Source: Azolla caroliniana
Lineage: Eukaryota > Plantae > Polypodiophyta
Assembly: GCA_043228905.1 (NCBI GenBank)
Contig: JBHGNT010000002.1
Coordinates: 26,598,001-26,662,000 of the forward strand
Direction: 5' to 3'
Length of the DNA stretch: 64,000 bases
Part shown: piece by piece, positions 1 through 13,301 of the stretch
Layout of the letters: the number at the start of each line of letters is the position of its first letter
Numbering within the stretch: position 1 is the first letter of the stretch
Program-made: the position numbers and the translations under genes
The notes under the pieces: generated by a model
What the model was told of the DNA's origin: nothing
Databases searched by the model: none
Seen by the model: only the letters and a program-made list of their open reading frames with translations

Positions 1-3000
1 AACCCCGAGTGGAGTGGTCAAAGGTCCCTCCGGAGGCGCAGCTCTAGAAGAGTTGTCGCAGATGGTGCGAGATCTCCAAATCACAAAGGCCTAGACGGAC
101 AACGGTGAACAGTCTCGTGACCGAAGGCCGCTGGCGGGGCAACGGTGCATGTGGTGCGACGCGGTCGGCCACATCCGGAAAGAATGCGCGGGTTTCGCCG
201 AGGCACTCAAGACCAACATGGTGTACCTCTGGAACGGGCGGGTGCACGCGATCGAGACCCAGAAAGCCCTAGAGTTGAATGCGGGGCGTGACGGAATGAA
301 GCGGTTGATGGAAGAGGCCGCGACACGACATGCAGAGGCCGTTAACTACTCGGCATCGGCGGGAATTCGGGTCGGGGGCGATGAGGCCAGGAAAGCGAAG
401 GACTCTGGATTCTGGTCGCTGGTGCTAAAGGGTCTCTCCGGAGTACGACTGAAGAAGGAAGAGGCAAACCGTGCGGAACAACGGATCCGGGAGGTTACCG
501 GATGGGACGACCTGGTGGAAGAAAAGACTGGCTTCGTGGTAGCCGCATGCCAGAGCCACGAGGTTCTGGTAGAAGACAAGCACGCGGGAAAGGCCGGAGG
601 GGGCGGCCCCTCGCAACGGTATGAGACCCGGTTCGGACCGAAGCCGAATGAGGCCGCCAATGCCAGCACACCGGAGAAGAAGAAGCAGGCCGGTTTTCGG
701 CTGAGCACCGAAATCGAACGAACAACGAACCTGTGGAAGGTCCTGGAAGAGAGAATCCTCGACATCAAGGTCGAGTTGTCGTTATGGGAGGTGCTAGGGA
801 TCGCCAAGAAGGAGTTCCACGACTCCATCGTGGACTTGGTGAAGCGGAAGAGGCTCTCGACGGAGCCGGAACCGGAGAGGCCGGTGGAAGTGCGGACGAT
901 GCACTTAGAAGACACGACCCTAGAGGATGAGTTGGCGGAAAGCCACTACGCGAAGCCACATTGGGCTAGGGCCACTACAGAAACCCCTGTTCGGATCGGC
1001 GACATCCAGGAGCCGGTGGTGGCATTGGTAGACCATGGTTCGTAGATCAACCTGATGTCGATGGACTTCTATAAAAAGGGGAAATGGCCGATCAACACCA
1101 AGCATGGGTGGAAGATACGTGCGGCGACGCGCGCGATAGAGGAGCTGCATGGTGCGTGCCCGAACGTAAGCGTGAAGATCGACGACGTCGAGATAGATCA
1201 ACATTTCTTCGTGCAGGAGACTTCCTCGCACCCGGTAATTCTCGGCGAACCGTACATTATGGCAACACGCATGGAGATGAAGGTATTGGACAACGGTTCG
1301 GCGTATGCGCGCGTCAGGAGCCAAGACGGTCGACATTCTGTCCAATTCATGACAGTGCGACCCAACCACGAGAGGAACTGCGAGACCCTCGGCGGCGATA
1401 GCCGAGGGGATTTTTAGAGAGGGCTATCAAGGCGTGGGGCCGCGATAGTCCGGACACCCAGGAAGAACCCCACACATGTACAGTAGGTAGGAAGTTTTGG
1501 CTCTCCGAAAATGAAGGTTCTATGTTAACTAGCATCAGTAGCCAGGAGAGGAAGCGAGCGGAGAGACGACTTAGGGTGTGTGGAATGCTCTCCCCCGACG
1601 AAGAAATTAGCGGCGCCGTGGAGGCGGTCTCTTTTGATGACACCTTGGGCGAATTACGAAAGGTGGTCGGTGAAGGCCTTAGCGAAGACCGGACCGTTCC
1701 GGTTAGCTCGATGGGAATTTATGAAGTCATCGGAGACTTCGGGGAGAGGATCGGGTCAGATCGAACGGCCCACATGGATACGAAGTATAAGATTGTGGAC
1801 CGGAAGGTGAGGCCAGTTGCGGCACCCTTGCCGGAGGGCAGCGGAGAGTGGATAAAAGGGGCCGCGTCGGACCCAAGTTTACGGAATCCAGCCGGCATAG
1901 GACACTGGTTCACCAACATAACGCTACGAGAGCTCAAGGTTGGTGGGGGTGGCTTTCTACTGCCGGAGGAGGAGGACCAGTTTCAGAGGATGCTCGGAAG
2001 GCACGGGAAGGCCTTCGCATTCTCGCCGGAGGAGATCGGGTGTGTAGACCTGACAATCGTCGAGCCAATGGTGATCTTCACGGTACCTCATGTGCCATGG
2101 AATCTCAAACCGATTCCGGTACCCAGAGCTCACATCCCGAAGCTGATGGAGCTACTGAAGCAGAAGGTGGAAATGGGCATCCTCGAACTGTTGAGTGCCC
2201 CATATTCGAATCGATGGTTCACGGTGCCAAAGAAGAACGACATGTTGCGCTTCGTACAAGACCTGCAACCGGTCAACAAGGTGACCATCCGTAACGTAGG
2301 AATCGGGCCGACCATAGACGAGTTCATGGAGGCCTTCGCCGGAAGGTCAATCTATTCGGTCGGTGATTTATACTCGGGGTACGACCAGTTCCAACTAGCC
2401 GTAGAGAGTAGGGACATCACGACAATGCGGACTCCTCTCCGCTTGGTGCGGATGTGTACCCTACCGCAAGGAGGAACAAATTCGGTGGCGCACATGGTGA
2501 ACGCAATGAACAAGGTGCTGAGGGACTGCATCCTGGACATCACTATGTCGTTCCTAGACGACGTACCGATAAAAGGGTGTCCGGTTGAGGATACAGACGA
2601 AACGGTCAGGCCAGATGGATGCTGGAGGTTCGTCGTGAACCACATCAATGATTGTGATAAGGTGCTGCAGAGGCTCGAGAGTGCGCGGCTCACCTTCTCC
2701 AGAGAGAAATCAACGTTCGGGCAAACGAAGATCCTGGTAGTCGGAACCCTGTGCGGGCCCTATGGCCGAAAACTGTCCCCAGCAAAGGTAGAAGCCATCT
2801 CCGTGATGAAGTGCGATTGCGGGTCGGTTATGGAGGTCTGCAAATTCTTGGGTGCGTGCGCGTTCTACCACATCTGGAATCCGCACTACGCACATGTCGC
2901 GGAACCGCTCTACAGGCTATTGAAGAAAGGGCGTAGGTTCGAGTGGAGGACGGAGCACACAGAGTCGGTCCGGAGACTGAAGGAGGCGCTTGTTGCGGCA

Positions 3001-4660
3001 CCGGCTCTCCGGAAAGTGGTTTACGGCAAGGAAGTCCCCATCTATGTGACAGTGGACACGAGCCCGACTGGGATCGGGTGGGTGATCAGTCAGGAGGACA
3101 AAGACGGCATACGGTTCCCGATCTGGTTCAGGGCGAAGGTATTGAGGATACACCCAAGTTAAGTGCGAGCTATGGGGTATCGTTTCGGCAGTTAAGGCCA
3201 ACAAAGACTATATGATCGGGACGGAAGTAATCATTGAGATGGATTGCCTACCGATTCTCGATATGGTTTCTGTATGCGCGATGCCAGACCTGGCAATGGT
3301 CCGGTGGACAGCGTATGTCAAGTCCCTGAATCTGGAAATACGCCATTACCGAAATGCTTTCGAGGGCGCGGTTCATCGACGAGGACGACGGTTTTGGAAG
3401 ACGAAGAATTCGGCGAGGACTTATTTGGATCAACTAGCGTGACAACAAGAAAGGGGAGCACTCCGGTGCTAAACAAATTCGATGAGAGTGGCTCTAAATC
3501 GGGAGGTTCCTACGGACGATGATGCCGGACGTGGCATGGATGAGAGAAGAGGCCTGCTAGGTGCGGAAGAAGGCGTACCGGTTCTTCCCACGGGACATGG
3601 GCCACATTCGAGAAGCTTAAGGGGAAGTACTAGTGGCCGAGACTATACCTGGACGTGCATCGGTTTGTAATGACTTGCGAAAGCTGTCAGATGCACTCCA
3701 TAGTCTGACATCGAGACGAGCTTCACCCGACCTACCCTCCAACCGTCCACTTCAAGTGGATGGTGGATTTGGTGACGATGCTGATGGGGGTAGGGCAGAT
3801 GCGATATTTGGTGCTGGCTTGGGAGGACCTGACGAACCTGGTGGAAGGCCGAGTGTTGTAGAACAAAACAACCGCAACTGTGTGCTGATTTCTGATCGAA
3901 GAAGTGGTATGCCGGTATGGATGCATAAGTAAGATCATGGCCGACCACGGGGAATTGGACGCGTGAGAGGCAGAGGAGCTGTTTGACCAGCTAGGGGTTA
4001 AACTCTCGCTCGCCACAGCGTACAATCCGGAGGCTAACGGGAAGGTGGAACGCAGACACGGGCTGATCGTCAAAGCGTTAGTACGGGCGTGTGGAGGCCA
4101 TGTCAGGAATTGGCCGCGGCTCCTACCCTATGCGTTGTGGGCGGACCGGACTACGCACAATTCGGTAACGGGGTTCATGCCGGTGGAACTAATGTACGGG
4201 CAGAAGCCGATCATGCCGGTGGAACGGACGATTTCTTCGTGGGCCGCGGTGGGCTAGAAGGACGAAATGAGCTGGGAAGAGTTGTTGGCGGCGCAGATCC
4301 GGCAACTTGAGTGGAAGTCGAAGGACGTGGAACGGGCGAGGGAGAAGCTGCGCGCGACATGGGAACGAAACAAAACCTAGTTCAACCGGACGGATCGGCT
4401 ATGACAGAAGAAGATCGAGGAAGGCGACTAGGTGTTGGTTTATGACAACAACCTCGACAACCAGCACAAGGCGACCCGCAAATTTGCGAGGAGATGGTTC
4501 GGGGCCTATACGGTGACGAGCATGAATGACAACGGCGCGTACCATCTTGCGGAGCTCGACGAGACACGATTAGCGGTGCCGGTAGCTAGGAAGCGGATTA
4601 AAGCATTCAAGAAGCGGTACGAAGACAAGCCGAAGCGGGGGAGCGATAACGACGACGATC
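1..4660 (+). pseudogene. Disrupted gag-pro / RT-RNaseH-integrase coding region of element D
   Basis: ORF pieces 149-1045, 1055-1417, 1522-3162, 3212-3442, 4045-4257 and 4432-4704 align to the two ORFs of element A, with premature stops and internal deletions. Confidence 0.9.
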
Positions 4661-4663
4661 AGT

Positions 4664-5240
4664 TCGGCGGGGTGCAGCATGTGTGCTCACCCTTGTACAT
4701 TTAGTGTGAATAACGAGGGCGCCTTTATGGCGCCGAAGAGTAGCCCAGTCGGGACAGACGATCCCATGTAAGTCGGGATTTATCCCACATTGTAACACAT
4801 CCCTCTCCTTGTTCTATAAAAGGAAGGGAGCGCCCTTTGTGAAAGGGTTGTTTTGTGTTAGAGGGTATACCGTTAGGTTTAGAGTTAGTCTTCTTCTTCT
4901 TCTTCTTCTTCTTCTTCTTCTTGGCGGGGAGGTCGACCGTTGAGGGTTGTCTCTGCTAGGTCTCCTGTGCAAGACCCCGCTCCGCATGACGAGCCCGAGA
5001 GCTCCCCGGACGGCGGCTTGGCAGCAGACTGCTGCTGTAACCTACCCTACCATGGTCCGGCTCGAAGCTAGGATTGTATTCTTCCCCTTTGTAATATACA
5101 TACTAGTATCCATCTGTGCATACTCGTGTCTTTGTTTGTATGGGTGTTTTGGTGTTCCCTTCCCTTCGTTTCTGTACATAAGGGCGTGAGTTGGTTCGGT
5201 GCGGTGTGTGTGTGGGTGTGAGTCGGAGTCAAGCGCGCGT
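4664..5240 (+). repeat. 5' LTR of element C, left part (continues 19223-19358)
   Basis: Near-identical to 22944-23530, including TATAAAA and the (CTT)n tract. Confidence 0.9.
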
Positions 5241-5873
5241 TGTCGAGGTATTCCTCGCGGATGCGTGAAATGAGGCGGGACCTCGGGGGTCTTGCACCGA
5301 AAAGCAAGAGAGAAAGGAGAAGGGAAGAGACCCACTACGTGCGAGCGCAGATTCTCGGTGACACGGCCCTCGACACAAAGACGCGAGTGGGACACCGACG
5401 TAGAGAGACACGAATGTATGTATATATATATTAACAAGGACAAACAACAAGAAGCACGAAGTTGGTTACAACCGAACAGGCCGACGAACAGATGTCGATG
5501 CCTGTTCGTAAACGCACAGAAAGAAAGGAGTAGGTTGGAGGTGCTGCCGGAAGCACTCGGGCATTCCTCAGAGGAGCGCGAGCCTCCCGAAACCTGCACA
5601 GAAAGAAGCTATGGAGTTTTGAAAGAGAGAGAAGCCTTCAGCCGACAACCCGACAACACTTCGTCCTCTCTAACCGCGAACCCTTCCTCCCTCCTCCCCT
5701 CCTCGTCTCCCTCCTTTTATAGGCAAGGAAGGAGCCGTTTCCCATTAACTTCCTACCTACCGAATCTACCTACCTAGGATCTTCTATGTACAACATAAGG
5801 CGTACGTGCATGAAGAGCCGGTTCCTACGCTCTGGTGCACCGATTCCGCTTGTGGACGGTTTTCTTCACGACA
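5241..5873 (-). repeat. 3' LTR of element B
   Basis: Direct repeat of 18598-19222; PPT-like TTAGGTGGGGGCGAA immediately upstream on the minus strand. Confidence 0.93.
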
Positions 5874-5946
5874 TTCGCCCCCACCTAACCGCGCATCCAC
5901 CGGCATGCGCCAAATTGAGTTGGGACGGAGAAAACCCGTCCAGCCT

Positions 5947-8900
5947 TCATTCCCCGCCCGTCGGTTCTTCCTCGGTTTTGGATCGTTCGTCGTCGCGGTC
6001 CAGGTTAACCGGATCCGGCTCGTCGTCGTGACGCTTCTTGAACGCTTTGATCCGCTTCCCAACTACCGGCATCGCCATTCTCGTGCCGTCGAGTTCCACC
6101 AGATGGTACGTCCCGTTGTCGTTGGCGCTTTGTACCACGTAAGGCCCGAACCACCTTCTTGCGAACTTCCGTGTCGCTCGGTGCTGGTTGTCGAGGCTGC
6201 TGTCGTAGACTAGCACCCAGTCACCTTCCTTGATCTTCTCCGGTCGGAGCCGGTGCGTTCGGTCGAACCGGGCTTTGTTCCTCATCCTTGCATCCCGAAG
6301 CTTTCCCGCAGCCTGCTCCACGTCCTCCGGCCTTCGCTCTAGCTGACGTATGCGCGCCGCCAATAGTTCCTCCCGGCTCATCTCGTCTCTCCAGTCCACG
6401 GTTGCCTATGAGAAGATCGTACGTTCCATCGGCATGATCGGCTTCTGCCCAAACATGAGCTCTGCTGGCATGAATCCGGTTACCGAACTGTGCGTAGTTT
6501 GGTCAGCCCACAACGCGTAAGGCAGCAGCTGCGGCCAGTTCCCGACTTGCCCACCGCATGCCCGAACTAACGCCTTGACGATCGGTCCGTGACCACGCTC
6601 CACCTTTCCATTCGCCTCCGGATTGTACGCAGTGGTAAGCGAGAGCTTGACTCCTAGCTGGTCGAACAGCTCCTTGGCCTCTTCGGCGTCCAACTCCCCA
6701 CGATTAGCCACGATCTTCCCGACGCACCCATACCGGCATATCACGTCCTCAATCAGGAACCGACATACGGCCGCGGTCGTTTTGTTCTCAAGGGCTCGGC
6801 CTTCCACCTGGTTCGTCAGATCTTCCCGAGCTAGGACCACATACCGCATCTGTCCTACTCCCATCGGCATCGTCACCAGGTCTACCATTCATTTGAAGTG
6901 GATGGTCGGAGGGTACGTAGGGTGAAGCTCGTCCCGATGTCGGACTACGGAGTGCATCTGACAACTCTCGCAAGTTGTCATGAACCAATGCACGTCCCGG
7001 CTACCAGTACTTCCCCTTTATCTTCTCGAACGTGGCCCACGTTCCACGGTGTCCAACACAAGGGCTGTCGTGGTAGGCCGTCAGCAGCTCCTCCTGTTCT
7101 TCATTTCATCGCCACCACCCGGAGCGGGACGCCGTTCCTCTTCTTCGGGTGCTTCCATAAGTATCCGTCCCGGAGAAAGAATCGGTATGCTTTCTTCCGG
7201 ATCCGGTTGGTCTCGTCCCTCGTCCACGACGCATCCGGCGTCATTGTCCTCAAGAAACCACCGATCTGGAGCCACTCGCCGTCGTACTTGCTCTCGTCGA
7301 AGCCGTTAAACGCCGGAGTGCTCGTCCCATCGGTCGTCACGTACGCTGCCTCGAAGAAGTCCACCCCGACTTCTTCGTCCTCCGAAACCATGCCGCCCTC
7401 GTCATCAAACCTCGCCCTCAAAAGCATGTCGGCCATGGCGTTGTCCTTTCCGGAAATGTGTCGTATTTCCGGGTCCAGGGGCTTGATGTACGCTATCCAC
7501 CTGAGCATCGCCAAGTCCGGTGTTGCGCATCCGGAAACCATGCCGAGAATTGGCAGGCAATCCGTCTCGATAATCACTTCTGTCCCGATCAGGTAGTCTT
7601 TGTCGGCCTTTATTGCCGAAACGATACCCTAGAGTTCACGTTTAACTTGGGCGTACCCTCGTTGTCGCTCACTGAGGACCTTCGCGCCGAATCGGATCGG
7701 GAACCGAATGTCGGCCTCGTCTTCTTGGTTGAAGACCCATCCGATCCCGGTCGGACTCGTATCCACCGTTATGTATACCGGGGTACCCTTCCCGTAGACA
7801 GCCTTCCAGAGCGCTGGTGCTGCCGCAAGAGCTTCCTTCAGCTTCCGGACCGACTCCGTGTGCTCATCTCGCCACTCGAATTTTCGCCCTTTCTTCAGCA
7901 ACCCGTATAGCGGGTCCGCAATGTGGGCGTAATGCGGGATCCATATGTGGTAGAATGCGCACGCCCCCAGGAACCTCCGAACTTCCGTAACCGAGCTACA
8001 GTCGGTCTTCATCGCGGAGATGGCTTCTACCTTTGCCAGAGACGGCTTCCGGCCATATGGTCCACATAAGTGTCCGACCACCAGGATTTCTGATTGCCCG
8101 AAGGCCGATTTCTCCCCGGAGAAGGTGAGCCTCGCACCCTGTAACCTTTGTAGCACCTTCTCGCAGTCGTTGATGTGTGTTGCCACGAATCGCCGGTACC
8201 CGTCCGGCCCAAGTGTCTCGTCCTTCACTTCCACCGGGCACCCTTTTATCAAGATGTCGTCTATAAATGGCATGGTGATGTCCGGGATGCAATCCCTCAG
8301 TACCTTGTTCATTGCATTCACCATGTGGGCCACCGAGTTGGTCCCTCCTTGTGGCAGGGTACACATTCGTACTAGGCCGAGGGGAGTTCGCATCGTCGTA
8401 ATGTCTCTGCTCTCCATGGCTAGCTGGAACTGGTCGTACCCCGAGTACAGATCACCGACCGAATAAATCGACCTTCCGGCGAAGGCCTCCACGAACTCGT
8501 CTATGGTCGGTCCGATTCCTACGTTCCGAATGGTCACTTTGTTGACCGACTGCAGGTCTTAAATGAAGCGCAATGTTCCGTTTTTCTTTTGTACGGTAAA
8601 CCATCGGTTCGAGTATGGGGCACTTGACGGTTCGAGAATGCCCATATCGACTTTCTGCCTCAATAGCTCCATCAACTTCGGGATGTGAGCTCTCGGTACT
8701 GGAATCGGCTTGAGATTCCACGGTACATGCGGTACCGTGAATATGACCATTGGCTCCACGATTGTCGGACTACGCACCCGATCTCTCCCGGTGAGAATGC
8801 GAAAGCTTTCCCGTGCCGTCCGAGCATTCTCCGAAACCGGTCTTCCTCCGCCGGCAGTAGGAACCCGCCCCCACCGATTTTGAGCTCCCGGAGCGTCCCG

Positions 8901-10478
8901 TCGGTGAAGGTGTGTCCTATGCAGACTGTATCTCGTAAACTGGGGTCCGACGCAACCCCTCTGATTCGGGACTCGCTGCCCTCCGGTAAGGGTGCCGCGA
9001 CTGGCCTTACCTTCCGGGCCACAGTCTTGTACTTCGTGCTAACTCGGGCTGTCCAATCCGACCCAAGCCCCTGGCTGAAGTTCGCGATGACTTCGTACAT
9101 CTCTTCGGAACATACTGGTATCGTCCGGTCTTCGTTAAGGTCTTCTCCGGCTACCTTCCTCAGCATTCCCAAGGTGTCGTCGAAGGAGACCGCCTCCACG
9201 GCTCTGCTGATTTCCTCGTCCGGGCCGAGAACTCCGCACGCTCGAAGTCGCACTTCCGCCCTTGTCTTTTCTTGGCCAACGATGCCGACTATCATAAATC
9301 CTCCGTTGTTGGAGAAGCAAAATTTCCTACGTATCGTACAGGGTTCCTTCGGTTTCGGTTCTATCGTACAGCCGTGGGTCTTTCCCGAGTGTCCGGGCTG
9401 TCTCGGCCCCACGCCTTGGCAGCCCTCTCTAAAAATCCTCCCGGTTCTCGCCACTGAGGGATTCGCGGTTTCGCTCGTGGTTCGGTCGCACCGTCAGAAA
9501 TTGGACCGAATGGCGCCCGTCCTGGCTTTTGACCCTCGCGTAGGCCGAACCGTTGTCCAGCACCTTGGTCTCCATCCGCGCCGCCGTGATGTATGGTTCC
9601 CCTAATATGACCGGGTGCGAGGACGTCTCCTGTACGAAGAAGTGTTGGTCAATCTCACGTCGCCGATCTTGACCCGCACGTTCGGGCAGGCCCCGTGCAG
9701 TTCCTCGGTGGCGCGCGTCGACGCCCGTATCTTCCACCCGTGCTTGGTGTTGATCGGCCACTTTTCTTTCTTATAGAAGTCCATGGACATCAGGTTTATT
9801 TCCGAACCGTGGTCCACCAATGCCACCACCGGTTACTGAACATCTCCGATCTTTACCGGGGTCTCCATGGTCGCTCGGGCCCAGTGTGGCCTCGAATAGT
9901 GGCTCTCCGCCCACTAATCTTCCAGCGCCAAGTCGTCGATGTGCGTCGTCCGCACCTCCACCGGTCTCTCCGGTTCCGTCTCCGTCGACAGCCTCTTCCG
10001 CTTCACCAAGTCCACAATGGAATCGTGGAACTCCTTAGCGATCCCTAGCACCTCCCGCAATGACATCTCCACTTTGCTGTCGAGGATCCGCTCTTCTAGG
10101 ACCTTTCGCAGGTCCGTGGTCCTTTCTATTTCCGTCCCCAGTCGGTATCCGCCCTTCCTGGGGTTATCGTGCGCGTTGGACCCACCGGCATCGTTCCGTC
10201 GTTGCCCGAATCGGGACTCGTATCATTGTGAGGGCCCGACCGCTCCGGCTTTCCCCACTCGTTTGTCTTCCACCAGAGCCTCGTAGTTCCGGCAGGCGGC
10301 TTCTACGAAGCCCGTCTTCTCCTCGACCGGGTCGCTCCACCCGGTTATTTCCCGGACACGGTTCTCAGCGCGGTCCGCTTCATCTTCCCTCAGCCGTGCG
10401 CCGGCGAGGCCTTCCAGCATTGCCGACCAGAATCCGTCTTTGCTCTCCTTTCGGGCCTCGCTGCCCCCGACCCGAATA
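5947..10478 (-). pseudogene. Element B gag C-terminus/protease and RT-RNaseH-integrase, disrupted
   Basis: Minus-strand ORFs 9602-9829 (ALVDHGSEIN), 8672-9454, 8559-8777, 7629-8537 (FIDD), 7101-7577, 6406-6888 (integrase core) and 5947-6399 (GPY motif). Confidence 0.92.
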
Positions 10479-10482
10479 CCGA

Positions 10483-11138
10483 TGTCGTGAAGAAAACCGT
10501 CCAAGGGTGGAATTGGGGCACCAAGGCGTGGGAACCGGCTCTTCATGCGCGTGCGCGCCAAGTTGTACATAGAGAGGGGTTAGGTACCTAGGAGGATCGA
10601 AGCGGTTAGATACGGTAGGTAGAAATTTAATGCCGAACGGCTCCGTCTGGACCTATAAAAGGAGGAGGACGGGGAAGAAGAAGGGATCGGGACTTGGCGA
10701 GGACGAAGTGCTGTCGAACTGCGAAGAGGCTCTTCTTTCCTGGAGAGAAGATCGTCGGACGCTGCAGAGCCTGGGGATTCGTCGTTTCTGCTGCGTAGGA
10801 AGCCCGAGTGCTTCCGGCAGAGACACTCCTCTTCTGTGACATTCTGCTCCTGTGGGTGCGTGAGTGGGACCCGTGTTGGGACCCTTGCCGGCGTGCCGGT
10901 TGTAAATGACAGTTTGTATTCTCTGTTTAATTGAAGTCTAGCAGTCTCGTCCTTTCTTGCTCTTGTTGTCTCCCTCGTCTCTTGTGCAGTCGGTCTTTCA
11001 CACACACACACACACACGAATACACACCGGCATGCTCTTCTCCTCCATCTTCTTCGTTCTCACTCTCACTCTCTCCTTGGTTCGAGACCCCCGTGGTCCC
11101 GCCTCTGTTCCTACACGTACCCGCGGAAGACCGCGACA
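10483..11138 (+). repeat. 5' LTR of element A
   Basis: TGTCG...CGACA termini; TATAAAA at 10654-10660; repeated at 16837-17495. Confidence 0.96.
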
Positions 11139-11142
11139 TCTT

Positions 11143-11160
11143 TGGTGAACCCGACGTGAA
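11143..11160 (+). promoter_or_regulatory. Primer binding site complementary to the 3' end of tRNA-Trp
   Basis: TGGTGAACCCGACGTGAA, 4 nt after the LTR; reverse complement TTCACGTCGGGTTCACCA matches the plant tRNA-Trp 3' end as I recall it. Also present in B, C and (degenerate) G. Confidence 0.85.
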
Positions 11161-11180
11161 CAGGCGGCAGAGGAGTGATA

Positions 11181-13301
11181 ATGAGAGGGTCTGAGCTTGC
11201 CGAAGCTATGGCGGTAGCTGTTGACCGGCTAGTAAATGCTCGGGAGGGAACGGGTGCTCTCGACAGAGCCATTGAGTCGGTCGTTGGCACTATAGGCCGG
11301 TTCGGAGGGAAGGATGCCACGAGCTATTTGGAGGCCTACTGGGCCGAAATGATCATGAGGGACATACCGACGGACAGGCGGCTGTCCGGATTTCCTCGGG
11401 TGGTGGCACCGAGCATCCACGCGGAGGTGCTCGAGGTGCTGGCCGGTTGCCAGACATGGGAGGAGTTCGAGCTGCGGCTCCTCGAGAGATACGGGTTAGA
11501 CGACTCACTTCGGCTGTCGAGACTAGACTTCATGGCATGGGTTGAAAGCCCCGGAAAAGGGAGGAACACGACGGCGCTCCTCCAGGAATTCGAAAAACGG
11601 TTCGCGCGGCTGTCGACGCTGGATCGGACCGTACTGGAGACGAGTCGAGTACTACTGTTTGTCAAGTCAGTGGACGCACTTGACAGAGAAAAGGTGGGTC
11701 TCCTATTGGAGACGGACGAAGGGCTCACGGCAGATTGGGCCGTGGTTAAACGGGTCTGCAGCCGTTTTGACAAACGACATGAGTGGAGCGACAGGGCCCC
11801 GAAGGCCCCAGTACGAAGACCTGAGGTGTCGGTATCGGCGCCGGCAAGGAGGGAAGAGACCCGACCCTGGCTAGAGAAGGAGTCGACCTCGAACGACCAG
11901 GTTAAAGGGTCTTCCGGAGGTGCGGCCCTGGAGGAGTTAACGCAAATGGTGCGGGACCTGCAGATCGCGCAGGCACGAAGGGACAGTAGCGAACCGCCCC
12001 GCGACCGGAGGCCACCTGCATTGCAACGGTGCATGTGGTGTGACGCGACCGGTCATATTCGGAAAGACTGCGCGGATTTCGCTGGGGTGCTCAGAGCCAA
12101 CGTAGTGTACCTCTCGAACGGACGGGTGCACGCAAGCGAAACCCGCAGGGCCTTGGAGCTGAATACGGGGCATGGCGGAATGAAGCGACTGATGGAGGAG
12201 GCCGCCGCACGACACGCGGAGGCAGCGAACTATGCGGCATCATCGGGAATCCGGGTCGGGGATGACAAGGGCCGTAAAGAGAAGGATTCCGGATTCTGGC
12301 CACTTGTGTTGGAGAACCTTTCCGAAGCGCGGTTGAAGAAAGAAGAGGCCGACCGCGCGGAGCAAAGGGTCCAGGAGGTTACCGGGTGGGACGATCCGGT
12401 CGAAGAGAAAACAGGCTTCGTGGAAGCCGCATGCCAGAACTACGAGGTTCTGGTAGAGGACAAACAAGCGGGAAGAGCCGGAGGGGTCGGTCCCTCGAAG
12501 AGGTACGAGACCCGGTTCGGTCCGAAACCGAACAATGCCGGCAACCCAAGCGTGCCGGATGGGAAGAAGCAGGCCGGGTTCCGGCTGAGCACCGAGATCG
12601 AGAGGACGACGGACCTACGGAAGGTCCTCGAGGAACGAATCCTTGACAGCAAAGTGGAACTGTCGTTGTGGGAGGTGCTTGGAATCGCCAAGAGGGAGTT
12701 CCACGACTCCATTGTCGACTTGGTGAAGCGGAAGAGGCTCTCGACGGAGCCGGATCTGGAGAGGTCGGTGGAAGTGCGGACGACGCACTTGGAAGATTCA
12801 GCCCTGAAGGACGAGTTGGCCGAGAGCCACTATGCGAGGCCACATTGGGCCAGGGCAACTACGGAAACACCTATGAGGATCGGCGACGTTCCGGAGCCGG
12901 TGGTGGCGCTGGTAGACCATGGGTCCGAAATCAACATGATGTCCATGGAGTTCTACAGGAAGGGAAAGTGGCCGATCAACACCAAGCACGGGTGGAAGAT
13001 ACGGGCGGCGACGCGTGCTACGGAAGAGCTGCATGGTGCGTGCCCGAATGTACGGGTAAAGATCGGCGACGTCGAAATCGATCAACACTTCTTCGTGCAA
13101 GAGACGTCTTCACACCCGGTGATTCTCGGTGAACCGTATATCACGGCAGCGCGCATGGAGACGAAGGTGCTGGATAACGGTTCGGCGTACGCGCGTGTGA
13201 AGAGCCAGGACGGACGGCACTCCGTCCAGTTCATGACCGTATGCCCAAACCATGAGCGAAATCGGAAGACCCTCGGCGGCGACGGCCGCGAGGATTTTTA
13301 G
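11181..13301 (+). CDS. gag: Gag-protease polyprotein (ORF1) of element A, ~706 aa
   Basis: Open ORF with a CCHC knuckle (CMWCDATGHIRKDC), aspartic protease motif ALVDHGSEIN and C-terminal VILGEPYI. Confidence 0.92.
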   Translation: MRGSELAEAMAVAVDRLVNAREGTGALDRAIESVVGTIGRFGGKDATSYLEAYWAEMIMRDIPTDRRLSGFPRVVAPSIHAEVLEVLAGCQTWEEFELRLLERYGLDDSLRLSRLDFMAWVESPGKGRNTTALLQEFEKRFARLSTLDRTVLETSRVLLFVKSVDALDREKVGLLLETDEGLTADWAVVKRVCSRFDKRHEWSDRAPKAPVRRPEVSVSAPARREETRPWLEKESTSNDQVKGSSGGAALEELTQMVRDLQIAQARRDSSEPPRDRRPPALQRCMWCDATGHIRKDCADFAGVLRANVVYLSNGRVHASETRRALELNTGHGGMKRLMEEAAARHAEAANYAASSGIRVGDDKGRKEKDSGFWPLVLENLSEARLKKEEADRAEQRVQEVTGWDDPVEEKTGFVEAACQNYEVLVEDKQAGRAGGVGPSKRYETRFGPKPNNAGNPSVPDGKKQAGFRLSTEIERTTDLRKVLEERILDSKVELSLWEVLGIAKREFHDSIVDLVKRKRLSTEPDLERSVEVRTTHLEDSALKDELAESHYARPHWARATTETPMRIGDVPEPVVALVDHGSEINMMSMEFYRKGKWPINTKHGWKIRAATRATEELHGACPNVRVKIGDVEIDQHFFVQETSSHPVILGEPYITAARMETKVLDNGSAYARVKSQDGRHSVQFMTVCPNHERNRKTLGGDGREDF

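Noticed and set aside
11143-11160. tRNA gene
   Set aside because: Only an 18-nt complement of a tRNA 3' end including CCA, next to an LTR; this is a PBS.
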